63,064 nucleotides of DNA. Origin: an uncultured Planctomycetales bacterium. GTDB lineage: Bacteria; Omnitrophota; Gorgyraeia; Zapsychrales; Fredricksoniimonadaceae. This document shows positions 31,341 to 39,270 of this stretch, piece by piece. Made by a program: the position numbers and the translations under genes. The notes under the pieces are model-generated. The model did no database searches. It was not told where the DNA came from and worked only from the letters and a program-made list of their open reading frames with translations. Every line of letters begins with the position of its first letter. Position 1 is the first letter of the stretch. The stretch covers positions 1 through 63,064 of the forward strand of contig CAZASA010000003.1 of NCBI GenBank assembly GCA_964487685.1. The letters run 5' to 3'.

Positions 31341-32603
31341 TTAGTCTAAGATCGTATAAGCACGCTCATGATGCTGGCTAAGATCAATACCAATGATCTC
31401 ATCCTCAGCACTTGCCCGCATTCCAATGGTTTTATCGATGACTAGGCAGATCAGCCATGTGACAACAAACGAGAACACGGTTGTCAGCACGCAGGCCTTG
31501 ACTTGGATCATAAACTGGGCAGGATTCCCATCAAATACACCTGAACCAGCTGAGTTGATCGCTTTGACGGCGAATAATCCGGTGGCTAATGCGCCCCAAG
31601 TTCCGCCGCAAAAGTGCACCCCAAAGGCATCCAGCGTGTCATCATAACCTAATTTCGGTTTGACAAAGGCCACCATGCAGTAGCAGATAACGCTGACTAA
31701 GAAGCCGATCCATAATGAACCGCCAACATCCACGAAACCGGAAGCCGGTGTGATGGCCACTAAACCAGCGACAGCGCCAGAGCAAGCCCCGACGATGGTT
31801 GGTTTGCCGTTAAACAGCCATTCACAAGCAGCCCAGCTGATAGCCGCGGCAGCTGTTGCGGTATTGGTCACAACGAAAGCACTGGTTGCCAAAGCACCGG
31901 CAGTAACGGCAGAACCGGCGTTGAAACCAAACCAGCCGAACCACAATAAGGAAGCACCGATCATGACAAAAGGCACGTTATGCATACCTTGTTTATCCGT
32001 ACCGATGCGTTTCCCTAAATAAAGAGCTGTTGCAAGCCCTGCAATACCGGCATTCATGTGGACAACAGTACCACCGGCAAAGTCCAAGGCTCCCCATTGA
32101 TGTCCAGCCAGGCCGTCAGAGGCCCAGACCATGTGAGCAATAGGACAATACACAAAGGTCAACCATAACACGGTAAACCAGACCCATGCGGAAAATTTAA
32201 CCCGCTCAGCGAAAGAACCAATGACCAGTGCAGGTGTGATGACCGCGAACATACATTGAAAGATCATGTATGCTTGATGCGGAATAGTCCCGGCATACTC
32301 TGAGGCCGGCCCATTCGGATTCAGCCCCTTCATCATGGCCCAATCCAAGCCGCCGATATAGGGGGTCCAAAAACCCTTACTATGACCGAAGGCCAAACTA
32401 TACCCATAAACGACCCATAACACGCTGACTATGGCCAAGCACATAAAACATTGCATCAACATGCTTAGAACGTTTTTTCTCCTGACCATACCCCCGTAAA
32501 ATAGGGCCAGTCCAGGTGCCGTCATCGCCAAAACCAAGGCTGAAGACGTCAGGACCCATGCCGTATCTCCTGAGTTGAATACTGGTGCTGGTGTTGTTCC
32601 CAT
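31341..32603 (-). CDS. amtB: Ammonium transporter
   Basis: GDTAWVL, FYGGMVRRKN, DFAGGTVVH, WFGWFGFNAGS, DDTLDAFGVH; AGGAGG SD; no cleavable signal peptide. Confidence 0.97.
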   Translation of the reverse strand: MGTTPAPVFNSGDTAWVLTSSALVLAMTAPGLALFYGGMVRRKNVLSMLMQCFMCLAIVSVLWVVYGYSLAFGHSKGFWTPYIGGLDWAMMKGLNPNGPASEYAGTIPHQAYMIFQCMFAVITPALVIGSFAERVKFSAWVWFTVLWLTFVYCPIAHMVWASDGLAGHQWGALDFAGGTVVHMNAGIAGLATALYLGKRIGTDKQGMHNVPFVMIGASLLWFGWFGFNAGSAVTAGALATSAFVVTNTATAAAAISWAACEWLFNGKPTIVGACSGAVAGLVAITPASGFVDVGGSLWIGFLVSVICYCMVAFVKPKLGYDDTLDAFGVHFCGGTWGALATGLFAVKAINSAGSGVFDGNPAQFMIQVKACVLTTVFSFVVTWLICLVIDKTIGMRASAEDEIIGIDLSQHHERAYTILD

Positions 32604-32631
32604 TACGTGTACCCTCCTATTTTATTACTGG

Positions 32632-32754
32632 TTAAACAATATGTTCTCTTAAAGCCCAAAACAGCCCCATAGCTAATGCCAATTGGGCAAAAGCACAAAG
32701 TAAGGCCATGATTCCTGCGTTTTTGATCATTGGTGAGGATTGGGTAATTCTCAT
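32632..32754 (-). CDS. Putative 40-aa membrane peptide
   Basis: GGAGAGG SD 8 nt before the ATG; MRITQSSPMIKNAGIMALLCAFAQLALAMGLFWALREHIV with one TM-length stretch. Confidence 0.55.
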   Translation of the reverse strand: MRITQSSPMIKNAGIMALLCAFAQLALAMGLFWALREHIV

Positions 32755-32875
32755 ATGGTACCTCTCCGATCTGGACCCCGCTTGCCCCGCTATAAGCGGT
32801 GGCCGATGGGCCGACTGGCCAGGCGGGGCTTTGTCTTGTTGATCCTTTTTTGACCAGCCCATCGGCTGGCAGGCA

Positions 32876-32920
32876 ATAAAAAATCCGGTTCTCTATGCGT
32901 CATAGCATAAGAAACCGGAC
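32876..32920 (-). terminator. Intrinsic terminator 2 of the amtB leader
   Basis: 15-bp stem UCCGGUUUCUUAUGC/GCAUAGAGAACCGGA (1 mismatch, 2 GU), then UUUUUUAUU. Confidence 0.85.
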
Positions 32921-32932
32921 CTCATTGCCCAT

Positions 32933-32975
32933 AAAATAAAAAATCCCCTCAGTTTAAGTACTGCCCCAAGAGGAC
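32933..32975 (-). terminator. Intrinsic terminator 1 of the amtB leader
   Basis: GUCCUCU..CAGU/ACUG-AGGGGAU bulged stem, then UUUUUAUUUU. Confidence 0.65.
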
Positions 32976-33042
32976 TAACTTTGCCCGTGTAACTTTCCGG
33001 AACGTCAACGCTCCGAAAATATTAAATTCAAACTACGATGTA

Positions 33043-33071
33043 AATATATCCGCTAAACCAATATTTGTCAA
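33043..33071 (-). promoter_or_regulatory. Promoter of the amtB-glnK leader
   Basis: TTGACA (33071-33066), 17 nt, TATATT (33048-33043). Confidence 0.7.
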
Positions 33072-33083
33072 GAATTTTTTTGC

Positions 33084-33302
33084 TTACAGTTGGCCCCTGA
33101 CAATTTTTTCTGCCTTGATCCAGTCTTCCACGTCGTGGCCGTTCTTATAACCGCGTGCGACATAAAGCTCATACGCTTTTTGGGCAACCTTTTGATTGAA
33201 GTCCCCGTTAGTCTTACTTGTTTGCCCGGAAGGAGTTTCAACCCTGCTTTTTGGCACCCGAGAGGTGACCGTCGTTCTTTTAACACTGCTGGCTTGTATC
33301 AT
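33084..33302 (-). CDS. DUF2934-domain small protein
   Basis: VAQKAYELYVARGYKNGHDVEDWIKAE matches the family pattern. Confidence 0.8.
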   Translation of the reverse strand: MIQASSVKRTTVTSRVPKSRVETPSGQTSKTNGDFNQKVAQKAYELYVARGYKNGHDVEDWIKAEKIVRGQL

Positions 33303-33379
33303 AAGAACCTCTCCTTGCTGGATAAAAAATCCTCTCTTCCACTCGAAAAGAGGACAACATTGCCCTTGTAACTAAAATA

Positions 33380-33408
33380 AATATACCCCCTCAAAATAAT
33401 TTTGTCAA
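33380..33408 (-). promoter_or_regulatory. Promoter of the DUF2934 gene
   Basis: TTGACA-17 nt-TATATT. Confidence 0.55.
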
Positions 33409-33469
33409 TGAAATATTTGTGCCATGGTATATAATGTTGCGGTTTAACAACTTGGATGCGTGAAAACAT

Positions 33470-35359
33470 ATGTGCGGAATCGGCGGCTATCGGTCAAAGC
33501 ACCCTGTGCCTTTGGAAAAAATGAGCTTGGTCCTGGCCCATCGCGGTCCTGATGACGCCGGCATCTACCGTCTGGGTGATGTTGCCTTACTGCACCGGCG
33601 ATTGTCGATCATCGACTTGAAAAACGGCCATCAGCCAATGCTAAGTCGTGATGAGCAAACCGTCCTTGTATTCAACGGAGAAATTTACAATTACCTGGAG
33701 CTCAAAAAAAACCTCCAGGCCCATGGCCTTGCCTTTAAGACCTCCTCGGACACTGAAGTATTATTGCGTGCCTACGAGCATTTTGGGACAGAATGCCTGG
33801 CGCATTTAAACGGAGATTTTGCTTTTGTTATTTTTGACCGCCGCCGCAACCTGCTTTTTGGCGCGCGCGACAGACTGGGGATCAGGCCTTTCTATTACAC
33901 GCAGAATGACAAAGGTTTTTTCTTTGCCTCGGAGATCAAGGCCTTATTGGAAACAGCCTGTGTCGATCGACGGGTCAATCCGATTGCCCTGGACCTATAT
34001 TTGACCTACCGTTATGTGCCCGGCCGCGGCACCATGTTCAAGAATATCTTTAAACTTCTGCCCGGCGAAGCTTTTACCCAATCCGGTGATGATGCGCCCC
34101 GGTTTTGGAAATATTGGGACCTGCCCCAAAATGAAGAGGCCCTGGGACCCGATGAGGCCTATCAACAATTTGAAGGGTTATTGACGGATTCAGTACGCTA
34201 TCGCCTGATCAGTGATGTGCCCTTAGGTGTCTATTTATCCGGCGGCATGGATTCAACAAGCGTGGCCGCGGTCATGGCTGGATTAAAGCAAGCTCCCATC
34301 CGGACCTATACGGCATGTTTTGATATGGACGTCGATGAAAGTGCCGCGGCAAGGCAGACAGCCAAACGCTTTTTATGTGACCATCATGAAGTAAGGATCA
34401 CCCCTGATTCCCTGGACTTTTTACCCCAGATCACCTGGCATATGGATGAACCTTTCGGTGACACCATTCTTGTCCCGAATTTTTGTTTAAGCAAGGAAGC
34501 CGGCCGTCATGTCAAAGTCGTACTTACCGGCGAAGGTGCCGATGAGGGGCAGATGGGTTATGTTCATCACGAATCCCTGGCGATTGGATTTTCCTTATCC
34601 CGAAGAGTTCCAAGGGGATTGCGGTGTGCATTGGGCCATCTTATACCATATATCCCGGTAAAATTATTAGACAGGGCTTTTAACTATCCCCATTCGATGG
34701 GAATGGCCGGTCGTAGACGATTGGCCGAACTGTTAAGCCTGCTCGACCGTCCGGGCCATGCTTATCAGCATTTTTGCTCCTTGTTCTCTGAAGATGAACG
34801 GGCCCGGTTGTACGGGCCCGGACTTCGGCATTGCCTCAACGAAGCTAAAAAGGCCTATCACGATCCCCTTGTCAATCGCCTGAACATCGCTAAAGATCCG
34901 TTACGCGCTATTTATATCCATGACTTTAAGCATTGGCTGCCGGATAATATCCTCAATAAGCAGGACCGGATGACCATGGCCCATTCCATCGAGGGCCGTG
35001 TTCCGTATTTAGACCATCGCCTGGTCGAGTTTGAAGCCAAACTACCCTGTGCTCTGAAAATAAAAGACGGTCAGGGGAAATATCTGCTGCGACGATTTTA
35101 TGAACAGCACCTGGGGGTCCCCAGCAAAAGAAAAAAAGCCTTCGTCATGCCCCTGCAAGGGGCTTATCATACTAAATACCAAAGCTTGGTAGACCGGTAT
35201 TTGAACGATACGGCCATTGATTCGGGCCTTTGGAATAAACAAGAGATCGCCTCCATCGTCCGAGAAGCAGACCGCTCGCCATTGTTAGGCCACAAAAAAG
35301 TGATGGCCTTGATGATGCTGCAGATATGGCACGAGTTGTTTAAACCGCAATGGGATTAA
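33470..35359 (+). CDS. asnB: Asparagine synthase (glutamine-hydrolysing)-family amidotransferase
   Basis: MCGI, HRGPDD, FNGEIYN, LSGGMDS, LTGEGADE, DRMTMAHSIEGRVPYLD; the substrate may not be aspartate. Confidence 0.9.
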   Translation: MCGIGGYRSKHPVPLEKMSLVLAHRGPDDAGIYRLGDVALLHRRLSIIDLKNGHQPMLSRDEQTVLVFNGEIYNYLELKKNLQAHGLAFKTSSDTEVLLRAYEHFGTECLAHLNGDFAFVIFDRRRNLLFGARDRLGIRPFYYTQNDKGFFFASEIKALLETACVDRRVNPIALDLYLTYRYVPGRGTMFKNIFKLLPGEAFTQSGDDAPRFWKYWDLPQNEEALGPDEAYQQFEGLLTDSVRYRLISDVPLGVYLSGGMDSTSVAAVMAGLKQAPIRTYTACFDMDVDESAAARQTAKRFLCDHHEVRITPDSLDFLPQITWHMDEPFGDTILVPNFCLSKEAGRHVKVVLTGEGADEGQMGYVHHESLAIGFSLSRRVPRGLRCALGHLIPYIPVKLLDRAFNYPHSMGMAGRRRLAELLSLLDRPGHAYQHFCSLFSEDERARLYGPGLRHCLNEAKKAYHDPLVNRLNIAKDPLRAIYIHDFKHWLPDNILNKQDRMTMAHSIEGRVPYLDHRLVEFEAKLPCALKIKDGQGKYLLRRFYEQHLGVPSKRKKAFVMPLQGAYHTKYQSLVDRYLNDTAIDSGLWNKQEIASIVREADRSPLLGHKKVMALMMLQIWHELFKPQWD

Positions 35360-35366
35360 ATATTTC

Positions 35367-36818
35367 ATGAGAGTACTTGTCTTAAACCCCATGACCCAAC
35401 AATCAAAGAACATCATCCGTGATGTGGTCTATGGATGTTGGTGTAACGGCAAGAGAATTGCCGGCGCAAGCACACCCCCGTTTATCCTGATGACGATAAC
35501 CTCCCTGCTAAGGCGTGAAGGTATCAACGCGGATTTTCTGGATGCCCAAGCCCAGCAGATACCGTCGGATAAAATGTCCCTGCGCATCAAGGACTATCAT
35601 GTGGTCATCATGTCAAGTTCAACGATGACCTTTCAGGAAGACGCCAATTATCTGCTCGGGTTGAAACGCTGCCGTGCCGGCTTGACCACCGTGCTTTTTG
35701 GTTCGCACCCCACCTTCATGCCCCGCTATTGCCTGGCCCATTCTGGCGTCGACATTATCATTAAACATGACCCTGAATGGATCATTAAAGAATTGATGCT
35801 TTTGATGGCCCAGGGAAAAGACTACAGCGGTCTTAAAGGTATTGGTTATAAAAATGATTCCGGAGTTCTGATCAACGCGGACCATGAGGACGCCGATGAC
35901 CTGGACCAATTGCCCTTTCCTGACGTGGACCTTTTACCCAAAGGCATTGAATATTTCAATCCCATTGTCAAACGCACTCCCTACATGACCACTTCCACCA
36001 GCCGCGGCTGTCCGGCCAAATGCACGTTCTGTACCGCTCCCACCTTTCACGGGACTTCAGTTCGCTTTCAATCCGCCCAACGTGTCATCAAAGAGATCGA
36101 ATATTATGTGAACAAAGGCATCAAGGAGATCTATTTCCGTGATGATACTTTTTTTATCAATAAAAAACGGGACCTGACTATTTTTAATCATATAATCACC
36201 CATAAAATAGACGTGTCCTGGATCGCCAATGCCCGTGTTGATATGCTCGATGAGGATACTCTTAAACATGCCCAGTTAGCAGGCTGTCATACGATCAAAT
36301 TCGGGATTGAATCCGGCCGCCAGGAGATCCTGGATGGGATGAAAAAAGGTTACCGCTTACAAGAGGCCAAAGATATTTTTGACTTGGCCCGACGCTACAA
36401 TGTCAAGACGCATGCGCACATCATGCTGGGCAATCCCGGCGACACTAAAGAGACCGTTGAAGAGACGATCCGCTTTGCCTTGCGCCTGGACCCAAGTACC
36501 GCCACCTTTGGCATATGCACGCCGTATCCGGGAACGCCGCTTTTTGAGATGGTCCGGGAAAAATATCCGCAGATCGGCGATGGCAGCAGCTCTGACTTGT
36601 CCCATCTGCACGTTTCGGGCCTGTTCAATGAACATTTCACGAGCCTTAAGAAAGAAGAGCTTCGCCGCATGGTCTTTTATGCCTATTGGAAATTCTATGT
36701 CCGGCCCGCTTACTGGATCAAGTCCCTCAAGACACAGGTCACAGGCCTTAATGATATTAAGCGTTTGTCGATCGCGGCAGCCAATATTTTTAATTTTATT
36801 GCGAGCAAGGAGAATTAA
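35367..36818 (+). CDS. Cobalamin-binding radical SAM protein
   Basis: N-terminal B12-binding-like region (FGSHPT), SRGCPAKCTFC, FGIESG. Confidence 0.9.
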   Translation: MRVLVLNPMTQQSKNIIRDVVYGCWCNGKRIAGASTPPFILMTITSLLRREGINADFLDAQAQQIPSDKMSLRIKDYHVVIMSSSTMTFQEDANYLLGLKRCRAGLTTVLFGSHPTFMPRYCLAHSGVDIIIKHDPEWIIKELMLLMAQGKDYSGLKGIGYKNDSGVLINADHEDADDLDQLPFPDVDLLPKGIEYFNPIVKRTPYMTTSTSRGCPAKCTFCTAPTFHGTSVRFQSAQRVIKEIEYYVNKGIKEIYFRDDTFFINKKRDLTIFNHIITHKIDVSWIANARVDMLDEDTLKHAQLAGCHTIKFGIESGRQEILDGMKKGYRLQEAKDIFDLARRYNVKTHAHIMLGNPGDTKETVEETIRFALRLDPSTATFGICTPYPGTPLFEMVREKYPQIGDGSSSDLSHLHVSGLFNEHFTSLKKEELRRMVFYAYWKFYVRPAYWIKSLKTQVTGLNDIKRLSIAAANIFNFIASKEN

Positions 36819-37684
36819 TGGAAAATTTCGCCCAAGTCTCCGTCGTTATCCCTGCCTACAATGAAGAAAAGACCATTAAACCGCTGGTGGAACGGATCTT
36901 CAAGCTCTCCCGGGACCTTGAGGTCATTGTCGTCTCCGATGGTTCGACAGACAGCACGGCCCTCTTGGCTCATGAAGCAGGTGCGATCGTCCTCGAGCAT
37001 CCTTACAATATCGGTAACGGGGCTTCGATCAAAAGCGGGGCATTACGCGCCACCCGTGCATGGATCGTGTTCATGGATGCAGACCTTCAACATCAACCCG
37101 AAGACATTCCCCAACTTTTGGCCTTCCTGCCGCAGTATGATATGGTTGTAGGCGCCCGTACCAGTCAATGTTCAACGGCCCGGCACCGGAACATCGGCAA
37201 TATCATCCTCAACCGCTTTGCCGAAAATATAAGTGGCTATAAGATCAAAGACCTGACCTCAGGTTTTAGGGCAGTCAAGCGCAATATCTTTTTAAAATTC
37301 ATCCATCTTTATCCCTTGCGCTATTCGTATCCTTCGACCAGCACCCTGGCCTTTTTTTGTTCGGGGTATTTTGTTAAATATGTCGATCTGCCGACCATTG
37401 TCCGCCGCAGCCACGCTAGAGGCTCGATCGACCCCTGGCGGGATGGATTAAGGTTCTTGCATATCATCCTGCGCATTGTGATGACCTTTAGCCCGCAAAA
37501 AATATTTAACCCTATCGCAGGACTGCTTTTGTTGGGAGGTATCGGGTTTTCGGTCTATCAATTGATATTTACCGGGGCCATCCGGAGCACCGTCGTCATC
37601 CTGTTGATCTCATCCTTGGTTGTTTTCTTAAATGGGGTGCTGGCAGATCAATTGGCACGTCTACGCAGAGACTTGAATAAATGA
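36818..37684 (+). CDS. GT2 glycosyltransferase with C-terminal TMs
   Basis: VVIPAYNE, DGSTD, MDADLQH, DLTSGFRA. Confidence 0.9.
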   Translation: MENFAQVSVVIPAYNEEKTIKPLVERIFKLSRDLEVIVVSDGSTDSTALLAHEAGAIVLEHPYNIGNGASIKSGALRATRAWIVFMDADLQHQPEDIPQLLAFLPQYDMVVGARTSQCSTARHRNIGNIILNRFAENISGYKIKDLTSGFRAVKRNIFLKFIHLYPLRYSYPSTSTLAFFCSGYFVKYVDLPTIVRRSHARGSIDPWRDGLRFLHIILRIVMTFSPQKIFNPIAGLLLLGGIGFSVYQLIFTGAIRSTVVILLISSLVVFLNGVLADQLARLRRDLNK

Positions 37685-39270
37685 GTTTTATACTTGTGAT
37701 CTTGGCCGCGGCGGCGGCACGTTTTTATCATCTTGCCGGGCATGGCCTGGGCGAATGCGATGCCTTGATCTACTCAAATAATTCAAAGCTATGGTTCTTT
37801 GACCATCATTTTGTCAATTATTGGGCAAAACCCGGCTACCATTTTTTAAGCTGCCTTACGATCGGCCTCCTGGGCTTTCATGACTACGATCTTTTATACC
37901 TGAACTCATTTCTCGACATCATCAATATCATTTTGCTTGTCCTGATCGGCTTTAAATTGGGCATGCGCCGGGTATTTGTTTTGTCTGCCGCTGTCATCTA
38001 CGCCTTTTTGCCTTTTATACTTCAGAATTGTGCCGACGGCTTGCCTCATTTGTCATCGACAACTTTTTTTCTGGGGGCATTCTATGTTTTCTTGATCTAC
38101 TATAATTCCCCTCGAAAACCCCAAGGGCTCCTTTTCTTGACCGGCGTTCTGATCGCTTTTGCCGGCAATGTACATCCCACTCTTTTAGTCGGCATGGCTT
38201 TCTTCGCGACGGTCTTGATCGTGATGGGCCTAAAAAAATCCGCGACCTTAAGCAGTCTGTTCATTTACGGTTCAGGGTGTCTCTGTGTTTTTATTGCCTT
38301 TGCTTTTCTGACGTCGGGAAGTCTTCTCGGACGGATTTTTCTCCATTACCAGCAATCGACCCAGGGGATGCAAGGCAATGTCCTTTCGAAATTAAGTTAC
38401 AGTTTCGCGGGACTACTATCAATAATTACTCTTCCCGTTGTCCTGCTTTTCTTAGGGGTATTTTGTTTTGCCTTGTTACGACCAGCTTCTTTCAAAACTC
38501 CTGGCAGCACCCGTCCGATCAACCTGTTTCTGCTGGGCGGGTATGTCCTTATTTTTTTATTGATCAATTGTTTTGTTGTCTTGGGCTGGCTATATCGCTT
38601 GTTGGTGCCGATCGTCCCCTTGATCATTGTTGGACTGGCGGCCTTGGCTGATCGTAGGACGGCTGATTTCCCTGAAGAATGGCGCGTGGCCCAAAAATTC
38701 CTTGGGCTCGCGATCATCATCGCAATTTTTAATATTTCCTGCCATTGGGATGTCATTGACAAAAGACCTGCCACTGTCTTTAGGCAGATGGCCGATGTTC
38801 TTGACCACCGGGTGGATGACCGCAACCGGTTATTGATATTGCCCAGCCATTTTTTTGCGCCGATGTATTATTTAGATGTTTATTTTGACAGGAATGATTT
38901 GTACCGGACCAAAGGGCCCTGGACACCGGAGATAAGTTTATTACAAACTTATCACATAAAATATATTGCGTTGTGTAAAAATCTGGCCGAGGATAAAAAT
39001 CCTTCGGATAAGGCGGAATTAGCGTTAATGTCCCAGTGGCTTGATCAGCGGAGAGCGAAATGTTTATTAAACAGCCCTCAGGTGAGCCTCTATGAGGTCC
39101 CGATCCATGACAACTGGGGCAACATCCCTGAAACAGCTGATGATCTTCCCTTTTTTGACCTGCAACGGGCTTCTAAAAACTGGCGGCTGCGGCACCCTTT
39201 TATTTCACCGGCTTCTGGTCCTCATGCCGGACACTCACCCAGTTCGAAGCTCAGCCATCAAGATAACTGA
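37681..39270 (+). CDS. Polytopic GT-C/ArnT-like glycosyltransferase candidate
   Basis: AARFYHL...ECD after TM1, ~11 TMs, soluble C-terminal domain. Confidence 0.65.
   Translation: MSFILVILAAAAARFYHLAGHGLGECDALIYSNNSKLWFFDHHFVNYWAKPGYHFLSCLTIGLLGFHDYDLLYLNSFLDIINIILLVLIGFKLGMRRVFVLSAAVIYAFLPFILQNCADGLPHLSSTTFFLGAFYVFLIYYNSPRKPQGLLFLTGVLIAFAGNVHPTLLVGMAFFATVLIVMGLKKSATLSSLFIYGSGCLCVFIAFAFLTSGSLLGRIFLHYQQSTQGMQGNVLSKLSYSFAGLLSIITLPVVLLFLGVFCFALLRPASFKTPGSTRPINLFLLGGYVLIFLLINCFVVLGWLYRLLVPIVPLIIVGLAALADRRTADFPEEWRVAQKFLGLAIIIAIFNISCHWDVIDKRPATVFRQMADVLDHRVDDRNRLLILPSHFFAPMYYLDVYFDRNDLYRTKGPWTPEISLLQTYHIKYIALCKNLAEDKNPSDKAELALMSQWLDQRRAKCLLNSPQVSLYEVPIHDNWGNIPETADDLPFFDLQRASKNWRLRHPFISPASGPHAGHSPSSKLSHQDN

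Noticed and set aside
32604-32730. Small ORF as a frameshifted AmtB signal peptide (ends ..LALA)
   Set aside because: It has a clean stop, a spacer with further stops, and amtB has its own AGGAGG; no slippery site seen.
32985-33012. CGUUGAC...GGAAAGUUA resembling the glutamine (glnA) riboswitch
   Set aside because: No closing CAACG strand for P1 and no recognisable E-loop.
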